A DNA stretch of 64,000 nt, from assembly GCA_051362555.1 (NCBI GenBank), contig CM120640.1, positions 55,282,788 through 55,346,787 of the forward strand, given 5' to 3'. Shown piece by piece: positions 38,601-50,091 of this stretch. A program made the translations under genes and the position numbers. Origin of the DNA: Lingula anatina (lineage: Eukaryota > Animalia > Brachiopoda). The first letter of the stretch is position 1. Each line of letters starts with the position of its first letter. The notes beneath the pieces were generated by a model, which was given only the letters and a program-made list of their open reading frames with translations, did not search any database and was not told where the DNA came from.

Positions 38601-39549
38601 GCACAAAATTGCCTGGCTTAAATTTAGTGGGTTTTCTTTGCATGTGATACAAAGGGTCTTTACTAGCATCTTAAAATTATTCACATCGTTTCAATAAATA
38701 TTGCTAATGAGAGAGTGCTTGTTGTTCAACTTACACTTGTACCTGTTAAGGTATCTTGATGACCACGCCCTTTCAGATGAGCAAGACGTCCACACATCTT
38801 CACATGCACACACCAGTCCTCAGCTTACTATGCATCCGAATGTTTAAAGGTGAAGGACTAAAACACTGCATCGCAAGGTTTTACAGCACATAGTGAAAAT
38901 ATTTCAAAATGAAATAAACAACAATACGGGTAATAATAAAAATAATAATAATTAAGTGATGCTATCATTCATTAAACATATAATTTAGTGAAACAGGGAT
39001 TGTACACCACGTTTTATTGATTGCTGAATTAATTAATTAATTAATTTCACCTAAATCCCAGTGGCGTTCTTTTTAATGTTGACATCTGTATGTCTTGTAC
39101 AGTTAAATTCGAATATTTAGATAAAGGGGGGGGGGGGGGGGGGGTATTTCTCCGTGAAGCGCGTCATCATTGAATCTGTAGAAGAAAAACGCAATTACAG
39201 ATCTGAAAATTAGTTCATCTAACGCAGCGCGTGCAGTACTGACCGCAGCGCAGAGAAATGGGCCGTTATTATGAAAAAAAAAAAAAACGAATGGTTTCTA
39301 TAACTTCAGGCTTTATTTCACAATTAAGTTTTGATCATCGTTACTTCTCTATCTTTTTACCCAACATTTTGAAGTAATGGATTTATTACTGCTGTTCAAA
39401 ATATTAAATTTTACATAAAATGAAGAGACATGGCTCGGGAGGAGACGGCACAGGATACATGAAGTTCTGGTCGGTGAGAACCACAATTGTCAGCGGTGCA
39501 GGAAATATACAGCATTATTTATTTATTTATTTATTTATTATTATTATTT

Positions 39550-39955
39550 AGTTTTCTTTCTGTGTTGTTTATTACGTCCTAAAGAGCCGGGTCCAAACAA
39601 TGGTCCTAAGGCGCTAGAGGTTAGTTGTTCCTTTCTACTTCATTGATAGCACCCTCCGTAGTATGTGTGTTGTTCCGAGGAGGACTATCTTCTGGACTTC
39701 GTGATCGTTGATGTTTCCAGGGATTTTGTCGGTGTATTTCGCTAATCCCTTCTTCACAAGACCCAGAGCTCTAATGACCATAGGTATTGTTATGGTCTTT
39801 GTTCCCCACATTCTGTTGATCTCGATCTCCAGGTCCTTGTACTTTGACAGCTTTTCTGTTACCTTGTCAGAGGTGTTGCGTTCTGATGGTATTGCCATGT
39901 CTATAAGGGTGCATTCCTTGTTTCTCTTGTTCTTGATGACCATATCTGGTCTATT
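39550..39955 (-). mobile_element. 5'-truncated RLE-type non-LTR retrotransposon (R4/Dong-like)
   Basis: ORF 39635-39973 encodes NRPD...LIDMAIP...EKLSKYKDL..EI.RMW......PMVI.ALG......QKIVLLGT.HILRRVL, the restriction-like endonuclease C-terminus of R4/Dong elements; a short 3'UTR runs into (TAA)n/(TAAA)n. Confidence 0.85.
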
Positions 39956-40358
39956 ATTATTTTTTTTTTTCATTTATCTATTTTTTTTTTTACTAAATCC
40001 CACTAGCAGTCCATTAACTATTACCAGAATTTATCTATTTGAAGGGAAATTAAAGGATTAAACCTTCGGCTGTGATGTTCGTTTGATTTCTGTCAGGTTT
40101 GGCAGCTTGAAATTACCACACGTCTCTGCAGCGCCGATAAGTGGTGACCCACAGGTATCCTTAGTGTGTTGACAAGACTGGAAGTTATTTTGGGATCAAC
40201 CTAAAACTAAAACAACCAAATGTTTGGCCAGTCCAAGCCCCTTCCCAAATAATAGAGGATAATCTTCAAGATAAGTGTCCAAAGGAAGCCCCTGTAAAAC
40301 AAACAGGTAGCACTGTCTGTCTCTGGGGATGGAAAAATGAGACAGTAGTGAGATAGTT

Positions 40359-40435
40359 AGCCAGGTAATTGTACAATTAATCACTTGATGTGTATGTAAT
40401 CTTAAAGGGAAAGCTAAAATAATTAAACTGCTAAA
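40359..40435 (+). repeat. 77-bp duplicate of the lectin exon1/intron1 junction (42651-42727)
   Basis: agccagGTaattgtacaattaatcacttgat...cttaaagggaaagctaaaataa.taaactgctaaa, 3 mismatches by eye. Confidence 0.85.
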
Positions 40436-40946
40436 GTAAGAAAGAAATGTGAAATCCTCAACATATTTATTATTATTTAACAATATATTCTATTAATGAC
40501 ATGTAGTTCTAACTGAAAAATATTTCATCTGCATTAAAAATATCTCTTGGGTAAATGTGATTGGTGAAAGACAGCAACTTAACATTTCACAACCACCACC
40601 CCCCCCCCCCACCACCCCCAAAAAATGAATACAAACGTGATGTGTAAATCAATTTTTGAATTTCAAAACAAATTAGCGATAAACTAACAGAAGGAACAAA
40701 CAAACGAAAAAACAAACGGACCCACGAAAAATCGGACATGCGGACGGTCAGAAGACTGGAAACAAACATATACAATAGCAAATCAACTGGGACAGATGAT
40801 ATCAATACATCTATACATCGAGGATTGAGGTTTGATGATCACCATATGTTTCGTTTTCTTGTGACATACAATGCAGTTGGTCAAACTTTATTGATAGTTT
40901 ATCTGGGTAAGGGGAATTCTCACACCAAGAACTGGTCAATTGCTAT

Positions 40947-41978
40947 CATGGCCCATAGGAGCTTACGCGTGCGTCTTTTAGACGCCCCTTTACATGCGAA
41001 AACGACAAGGCCTATGCCGAGTTCGTCTTTTACTACAGAGCTTTGAGAGCCGAAAATGACATGGCTGTGTCTCTTTCGCCACTTACTGAAATCCACAGAT
41101 GCGAGATTGACACGACCCATGTCGCGTTCGTCTCTCAAATGACACTGTTATAAAACATGAAATAGCCATAACGTGTGATTTTCGCAGCTGAATAAGTAGA
41201 ACCTTATAAACGAAGTTGACGTAACTTGAGAGTCATGTCGCTTTCAACTCTTACAAACCTCCAACAAAATCTATCTCCACACAGACGCGCTCGACATGTA
41301 CTATTGGACATGGGTCAGTTGAAACCCTATTAACCTAAAGGGCTCATGTTACTTTCAGCCAACTCTTATATGTCAAATCCAATTAATTTGAAACAGTGTT
41401 GTGCTGTCCCAAAACATTTTTTCAGTTGAATCCCATCATAATTTAGTGCTATCTAGATAACAGTGTGGCTAATTGTTTGTAATAATTATATGGCCTCATA
41501 TTTTTATTTTCAAGGATTCAAATATAAAGGGTTTTAAGACGGTCCTTCTGTTTCAAATTAATTGGCTGAAAGTAACATGAGCCATTTAGGTTAATGTCGC
41601 TTTCAACTGACCCATGTCCAATAGTACATGTCGCGCGCGTCTGTGTGGAGATAGATTTTGTTGGAGGTTTGTAAAAGTTGAAAGCGACATGACTCTAAGG
41701 TCACGTCAACTTCGTTTATAAGGGTCTACTTATTCAGCTGCGAAAATCACACGTAATGCCTATTTCATGTTTTATAACAGTGTCTTTTGAGAGACAAACG
41801 CAACATGGGTCGTGTCAATCTCGCATCTCTGGAGTTCAGTAAGTGGCGAAAGAGACACAGCCATGCCATTTTCGGCTCTCAAAGCTCTGTAGTAAAAGAC
41901 GAACTCGGCATAGGCCTCGTCGTTTTCGCATGTAAAGGGGCGTCTAAAAGACGCACGCGTAGGCTCCTATGGGCCATG
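40947..41978. mobile_element. Large foldback element with ~420-bp inverted arms
   Basis: CATGGCCCATAGGAGC...TTTCAGCCAA mirrored by TTGGCTGAAA...GCTCCTATGGGCCATG; mirror-image ORFs 40920-41138(-) and 41787-42062(+); no exact TSD. Confidence 0.9.
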
Positions 41979-42463
41979 GTAAATTGCAACCCATCTCTCC
42001 GTTCATTAAAAACCCTACGGTTGCGCCGAGTCTGGGCAAAATTGAATTTCCCGTCGGACTAACGAGGATCGTGTCCGTTGTGTAAACTCGGGGTAGCTTC
42101 ATTGTATTGACACAAGACAGGGATAATATCTTACGGTCAGTAATTTTTGATTTTCTGTCATACAGTTTACGTCGTGTATATAGATAGACGTTTACAAATG
42201 CATTCCTTATGATCTGTTACTAGATACGTAAGCACGAAACCCCTATGTCCGGTGTTTGAGTTTTCGCTTAGTCTGTCGATATTGAAATTAACTTATCAAG
42301 CTGTCGACAGTTTAAGGCATTAATCAAAACCAAGAACTGGTAAACTAATCAAGTATTACATCACATACCTGTCAGAGACATATATATTTGAGTAGAAATC
42401 AACTTTTGCCGGTTAGATTTCCAGAGAAGTTCCAAACATATTGCTAACTTTTTGCATCCCACT

Positions 42464-44621
42464 ATGAAAAGTTTTGCAAATTTGTTGTTCGTGGTTTTTG
42501 TGGTTGGGAGTATTTCTGCCATGCCACAGATTGGTACCAGAAATGACGCCAACACGGACTCGGAGTTACAGCAACTTAAAGGAAGAATAGAGAATCTGTA
42601 TAGCGTCGTCAGTCAACTGGAAATGAAGGTACTGAGTGTCGGGACAACTCAGCCAGGTAATTGTACAATTAATCACTTGATCTTTATGTAATCTTAAAGG
42701 GAAAGCTAAAATAACTAAACTGCTAAAATATCATTATTAAAAAGTGTTCATTAAACATTTAATATGTCTCAGTCAAAATATTTTTAGTTTTGCGCATTCA
42801 CAGGCAATGTGATCTAAAAAAAATGAATGCGTTGTACAAGGCTTTAAATGCAAAACTGTCATTAGTGCTCAAAACAACCAGCGATCCAAAACAACAGCGA
42901 TTAAAAACAGGCGCATGGGAAGATTTTTTGGCCCACGTTTCGCCTAAAATTTTATTGTAATGTCTTAAAGTTAAAATAATGTGTCCAGCATCTTGCTGTT
43001 TATCAAACACTGTACGTAAGCTATAATGCTTTTCTGATTTTTAAATATCTTTTCAATAAATAGCTTCTTTAACTTTTAGTGACTTGCCCGAAAGGATATA
43101 CAGAATTTCAGGGATCTTGCTACATGTTTGTGAATACTTTGATGAACTGGGCTGATGCGCAGAGAAATTGCCAAGCGTCCAACGGCAACCTTGTGAGCAT
43201 CCAAAGTGCTGCCGAGCAGGATTTTCTCACCAGCTACGCCCTTGCAAATAGTGGTAAGAAAACAGTTTTAAAGGGATGTTATTAATGAGATATTCCCAAA
43301 AAATCGATCTTTTTTAAGGAAATCATTTCTGTTTTTTCTTTTTGGATAATTTGCAAACGCACCTTAACTTACAATATTTCCTATTTCTTAAAAAAGAAAT
43401 GCTCACTTGAAAAAAAGACTAAGTGGTTATATCAGAGAATATGAATTGAAATTAAGATAAAATAAAACTAAATGGATAATGTATAAAAATTTCATTAGCT
43501 ATGTGTTTTAGACAAACCAGTAAAGCTTCATTTGTCAATAGCTATAGAAAAAAATTACTGACATTTATACCTCCGGCTGCTGGTAGTCAGAAGGCTGTGA
43601 CAAGTATTACAACCTATCACCCATCAGGTGTACTGGCTACTCATGTGCCCCGCTCCTCTGCTCGCCCCCCTCCCTGCGGAGCGGAAGATAGAGGTTGGAT
43701 ATCTCAGTCCCGTCATTTCTCTTGAGTTTTGCACCGTGCAACCTGTTGTTAAAAAACTTGTCTTTTCATGCTCTGACAGTGTGGTGAATCATACTGGAGA
43801 GACTGGTTGATCCCTAATAGAGAGAATGTCAGAGCCTGAAAAATCGATCCAAAAATGTGACCAAAATCTGCTCTCAGCACGCATCAATTAAAAAAAAAAA
43901 AAAAGAGGACCGCAATGTACTAACATCAAACATAACAGAAAACATCAAAATAATGGAAAAGGAAAACCGTTACTCCCACTGCAAGCTATTAACACTGATA
44001 CAATTAACATAAGGCTGCACGGGGCAAAACTCAATGGAAATGATAGGACTGAGTGCACTTCCCTGATGTCAGGAAACGAAATATTGGTTGGTGAATATCA
44101 GTTTATCTTTTCTATAGCTTTTGAGAAATGAAACTTACTTGGCTTAAATGGATAAAATAGAAAAGACCCTTTTTAAATTTTTTTCACATAATCTATCGTT
44201 GCAAATTATTTTTGTTACGTTTCTTATGACATGCAGCACAATTTCCGGGAAATGGATTCTGGACGGGTGGATTTGACCAAGGCGCAAAAGGGTTGTTCAA
44301 ATGGGTGGCGAACAACAAACTCTACCAGACTGACGGAGGTAAGAGTCTGAGTCTTTGGACCCTTAGTGAGTAGGTTCCCGTTTCTTTGAACCGTATTTTT
44401 TGAAATGGTAGAGATTCAGAAGATTACAAAATTTAACTCGTATTTGAAGTATTTTCTCATGAAACTATTTTTCAGATTTCCTTGGATGGGATTACTTCGA
44501 TGGTGGTCATGCACAAGGAGGTCAAGACTGCATGGCTTTGTGGAAATCGCGTGGATACCTGTGGCACGACTATGAATGCCACGGGAAGGTGCACTCCATC
44601 TGTGAAATAAATGAACTGTGA
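42464..44621 (+). CDS. Secreted single-domain C-type lectin (perlucin-like), 204 aa
   Basis: Exons 42464-42656, 43080-43253, 44237-44338, 44476-44621 (all phase 1). Signal peptide MKSFANLLFVVFVVGSISA, short coiled-coil neck, then CPKGY..FQGSCY, W.DAQRNC...GNLVSI.S..EQ.F, FWTGG, QDC, WHD..C, ICE. AATAAA at 44688. Confidence 0.92.
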
Positions 44622-45315
44622 ACATAAAGACAGCAGAAATGTTCGGCAATATTATTAGGGGTTACCATTTCTTTGCTTGCCTTGACGAATAAAATAATGA
44701 AATCATTGTTATGTGTACTACTTTTATGTTTGTGATTTTAGATAAGTTAGAAAGATAAATGCAGCTTCTTAAAAATTTCCGTATATCCAGAGTAAGTAAT
44801 TTTTACCGTTGTCCTGTGCACATCACCCGCCTGCTTTCACCGATCGCGAAAGTCTTTTGAACTCAGGATGTCATATTCTCAGTGCACGTTGAGTGAGCTA
44901 AGATTTACAGAGGTTTGGAGAATATGTTCCAGTTTAATAAATCGAGTAAGCATTAATGTTGTTTATAGTTTTTTCTGTGCTTTATTTGAAATAATAGGGG
45001 AACGTCCGTGAGTATCTTTTCTTTTCTGATCAAGGTAAAACTGAGAAAAAACACTAATGTAATAACTAAACAAGATACAATTGAGGATGCCATTATCGTT
45101 CAATGCATGTATTGGGTCGAGATGACGTTTATGCATTTCAACCCCGTGAATTGCCATACAGTGACACGTGCTGTTTGTGCATAAGGGAACAATGAAATCC
45201 CAATATTAATGGATCTTCTAATTTGTTTTCCCGTTATCTTTTTAATGTAAAATTATGTTACTGATATCAGTATTGCAATTCAAATAAATTCTTTGTGGAT
45301 TTTTTTTTCTTTCTT

Positions 45316-45352
<37 letters not shown>

Positions 45353-46279
45353 GATGGGTGTGTGTCTTTGTGTTTGCTTTGTATCATATTTTGAAAAAGT
45401 GACGTCGAGTCGTCGAAAATACGAATTGAAATTATACCATATTTACATACATAACCATCAAGCCAATACGTTTTTGGCTAATTTTTAAAGAAGGTTTATG
45501 TACACTGAACCCGTTTGAAATTTTGTCAAAGATATATATATTTTCTGTCTTTATACAGTGTATCCTGCTATTGATGTTCATTTTCAAAAACTATATAAGC
45601 CTTAAATAAAAGTGCTTGACGTCGATAGTTCCTTCTGAACTTTACAGGTAGATTTGGCGTTGGAATAAATGGAATAAAATCACTGAATAAAAAGTGAAAT
45701 AAAATGTTTTCTCAGAAATATGTATTTGGTCGGGTAAAACCCGTAGAGAGTACCTAGAAGAAGGAAAGGACATTTTCATTTTTGCCTGCAGAAACAAAAT
45801 AAGTGAAAAAACACATATTAAAAATGATATCACGATAGTAGTAACCATTTTTTTCGGCTTTTGATACAACTCTAGTAATTACTGCTTATTTATTTATTTT
45901 TTTTTAGAAAAAAAGGAATAACGTGCAATATTTCTTTTAAAGATATAATGCCAGAAGAATGAATTTCTCATTTTCGTTGGATAAACGGCTTTGAATCACT
46001 CTTTAATGCAGTGGACGCAAATCAAAACCTTTTCAGGAAATGCTAATGTGAGAACACACAAACTGCGCGACAACGTCGCGTGCGCTAGATAATTGGAACA
46101 TGCATATTATATTGCCTACGGCTTCCGACTTTTTCATAAGGAAATTGTTGCACCTTAAATAATGCGCTTGCGTTGCTCGTTAAGCCCTGCGCCTTTTGTT
46201 AATCGAGATATTAACTATCTATCAATCGGTTTAATAGATCGGAGAACTTCATCATCGCTGCCCTCCGGTCGGAAACTGC

Positions 46280-46287
46280 TATATAAG
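46280..46287 (+). promoter_or_regulatory. Candidate TATA box of the bHLH gene
   Basis: TATATAAG 74 bp upstream of the ATG at 46354; argues against the ORF-track start at 46162. Confidence 0.55.
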
Positions 46288-46353
46288 AGGCCGGTGTTTT
46301 CGGAGGAAAATGTTTTTGCGACCGGTTGGCGAGTTTCCCAGAGCGACTCGTCT

Positions 46354-47634
46354 ATGGCTTCCTGTGAAACCAGCTGCGGAGTTATGTCGTTTTCTCATAA
46401 AACTGCCATGTCTTGTATTGATACCCGCGAAATCCCTGGTACCCTTCACGGAGACGACGCTATGGTGATCGCAAAGAGAAGTAAATTTCGCACCCGCCGC
46501 TCCAGTGCTTACAAGCATGTGCCACACAGTGAAAAACCACCCCAGCTTGTGGCCAGACGTAACGCCAGAGAACGCAGACGCGTCCAGGCCGTGAATAATG
46601 CGTTCGCTTGCCTGCGCAGGCACGTGCCTTATGAAAATCGCCACAAACGTCTCTCAAAAGTAAAGACTTTGAGACATGCTATAGATTACATAAGAAAAAT
46701 GAAGAAACTGATCAATGATCATGACGCCCGACAAGAGACAATCGCGGCAATGAGTCGTCTGCAACAACCGGATAACGGAAACGCCGGCTACGTTCAAGAG
46801 CAACAATACATTAACATGGTGGATTTGTCTTCTTGCAAGGAAAACCATACAAATTGGAATGTGGTGAGCAGGGTAAATATTATGAAACTAGTGAAAAATA
46901 TACATGTACATCTTTGGTACTTATGTAGTATGCCCCTCCCCCACCCCGAAAAAAATGCGTATCTGTTTTTCGACCCCCCCATCACAAATAGTTATTTGGT
47001 GTCTTTGATTAACGTCTCTGTTACTTAAATTAATTAGTTTTGTTAAGTAATTTTGTAAATTAATTAAGTATTTACTGATTTTTGGACGTTCACACCTGTA
47101 ATGACCTCTGCTCTCATCAGATATGATTGAATGAGCTTGACATTTCATGTAAAAACGTCAAAATTATGAAGTAAATAACGAGACTTATTTATCTTAATAA
47201 CAGAGACATTCATCAAAGTCACTTTATAACTGAATTAATTTAAATCAGACGGGGGCACACTGCACAAGTACCCATCTTTTCTATGTGTGATATTCTTTTT
47301 AACAAAACTACGTCACATTAAATAAAAATAACTTTTTTTCGATTTCTACAATTGCAATGTCATTTACGTCAGTGTCCAAATGCTTAGCATAATCCAATGG
47401 AAATTTAAACATCAAATTTAAATCGGTCAAAATATATAAAAATATGTAAGTTGATGTTTTGAATCTGTTACCATTATACAATGACAAAGCGACTGGATGT
47501 TGTGTAGATGTCTTTATATAATATACAATACTTTAAATATTTCTTTTCTTCGTAAGGTTTCACAACCAGAACTAAGCTCATGCTTGTACGCGACATTCAG
47601 CCCTTTGCCGCCCAACTTTCGTTCACAAACCTAA
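46354..47634 (+). CDS. Achaete-scute family bHLH transcription factor (non-ASCa type)
   Basis: bHLH VARRNARERRRVQAVNNAFACLRRHVPYENRHKRLSKVKTLRHAIDYI. Exon 1 46354-46872 (alternative in-frame donor after 46863); probable exon 2 47557-47634 (VSQPELSSCLYATFSPLPPNFRSQT*). Start codon and exon 2 are less certain than the domain. Confidence 0.88.
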
Positions 47635-48547
47635 TCCTCGACCGACTTCAGGTTTTGAGAGCAAGCGCAGAGTGTTCTCTTCACACGGATCAGTCCAATG
47701 TCGTCAGCTCAACGTTCACAAGCAAAACAGACTCTCGTTTTATCAATTTTATATCTACCAATGGACATGCTTACGCCTCTTACTGACCAAGATGTTTTTC
47801 ATACCACAGCATACTTCTACCAAAAAGATTTTACTGAAGAAATTGGAGCAGTCAGCGCAGAGACTATGATTTCCTAAAGCTTCGTCTCCAAGTCCTTAGT
47901 TTCGCCTCAGATGGATATATTTAACAAGACGCATTCTACATCTTTCAAGCGTTTTCCCTTCAATTCATATAATTGATTCATATAAAAAATTTTCTACTTA
48001 ATTATCACGAGGACGGCCCCAGTAAAAGCAGAGCAAAACAGATTTAGCATATCACTTCTAAATTTATTACATTGGCAAAGAAAAGTTATGGTGAAAGATA
48101 CGGACAATACAATGTTTTTTCTTTTAGGCAAGAAAGATATTTGTATCATTTAACATTAAAAAGACAACATGTCTGCTGCAGGCAGCAGTACAATACAGCT
48201 TGTTATCCAACGACACTAAAACTACGTTAATAAAAGAAAAGTAAATGATATCGCTCAGACAGAATTTCCGTTAAAAGCAAACTAGACAAAAAATCCGTAA
48301 CGTGTCTAAATGTCCTATTTTCCAACAAATAAAAACCGACATTTTTCCTGGATTCTGTAACCAAGGTATCACAGGGGAGACTAAAAATAAATAAATTAAA
48401 GAAAAATTAAATTGTATAAATAGATGAATAAATACATATCAAGACCAATATATCTGTGTTTTTCTTAACTGTCCGATCGTTTATCTTCTTTTGAAATTTA
48501 CTTGGAGTTTATTAAATTATTTCGGCCTTCATCTTCAGGCTCAGATT

Positions 48548-50039
48548 CTAGTCTGGCAGTAAGTCATCTCCCAGCTCTTCATCAGCAAATTCATCCTCTA
48601 CTGGTTCTCGCTTCCTGGCCGCTGTTTTTGGACGTTCTACTTGAGGACCTAGCGGATCCGCATATGTAGCATCTGCAGTGGAATGATATGGATATAATAA
48701 ACAATGCTAGAATTCTAATTAATATGGCTATAATCACATTTTAGTGAGTTGAAAATGTATGGTTGAACATTGTATGGTATTAAATGACTTGGCATTCATT
48801 TAAATTGCCCCTTTTCAAGACAAATTTAAGCTGTATTATCAATCAAAAGGGAAAAACGTATTTCAGCTTAAGATCTTGCTCAATCTAAAAATATCAAATT
48901 GTGTGCATTTGGTCTAAAAACAATTTCGGTCCTTACCAACATCTTGTTTGGTGTTTTGGAAGAGATCTCCGTCCTCTTCATCCAGCAGCTGGCGCCTCCT
49001 ACTTGCACTTCCTCCTGACCTGTGGCCAGCACTGGAGATGGCACTGCCAGCACGGCTGCTGGAGTCTGAAATCACAAACCACGACATGAATGAAATAATT
49101 TAGATTCTTCTTAAAACTAAATTTTTTTCAGAAATAAGCTACATGGGACTGAATTTTGTCCTGACAGTGTCATAAGACAACAAGCAGGATTATTCAGAAA
49201 TCTAAATGTCTGGGGCACAACAAGGCCTCTCTCTAATCTGACTGTCTGGGTCAGTGAAAAAAAGGGCTTTCAATTGAAACATGGATGAAACTTTCAGAAA
49301 AAATTGGTTTACTTGAGTGAAAAATGCATATACAAGAGTCCACTAAAATAAATTAACCATTTATCTTAATTTTAAACATAAGCTGTTATTACTAATTTAT
49401 CTTGAACCAATTTACAGTTTATAATAAATTGTTCAGTCTTGAAGTAAGGACCAACTTTTGACTCTGATACTTCTGTGAAAATGAGCCCTAATGACTTATA
49501 TCAATTTTTCAGTCTGTGGTAATTCTTGTCTAAAACAGACTTAAAATTGAACAAAAGAATCAAATTCTGAATAGACAAATGGCAATTGTTTCACTCAAAA
49601 TGCAACTTCAGATTATTTTTTGGTTAAAACTGTGGAGATGCCTAGCACTTCAGGTCATATAGTCTGTATTCACAATATACACTCCATCTAAAAGTTTGGG
49701 AACATCATTATTTTGAATAATTATAAATAACCCTATGAGTTAAAGTAAATATTTTAACCAAATATTAATGAATAATGCACCCATCATTCATTACTTTTTT
49801 ATATACACTGAAGATTTTCTCACTACAATACATATTTTTTTAATTATTCAAAAAAAAAAAGTTTCCTTTTATGATTGAGTGTATAATTTGTGCTTTTTCA
49901 ATAAGGAACGGGGTCTTCAGGTAGCAAACATAATTAAATACAACACTATTTTAATCATATATAGTATTCCCTTTTCAATAAATATTTAATATTGCAAGTT
50001 AGGTGTTATCCCTGCTAACCCTGTCTGATTATTTTTCAT

Positions 50040-50091
<52 letters not shown>

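Noticed and set aside
40738-42062. Near-identical ORF pair on opposite strands
   Set aside because: Mirror images from the foldback arms; non-ATG starts and no domain
46162-47028. 288-aa single-exon version of the bHLH ORF
   Set aside because: A TATA box lies inside the 5' extension, and the 3' end runs past good donors into AT-rich intron-like sequence
48510-48550. Stop-codon readthrough of IFT88
   Set aside because: TAG-A context is not leaky, and the protein already ends at the conserved DDLLP terminus
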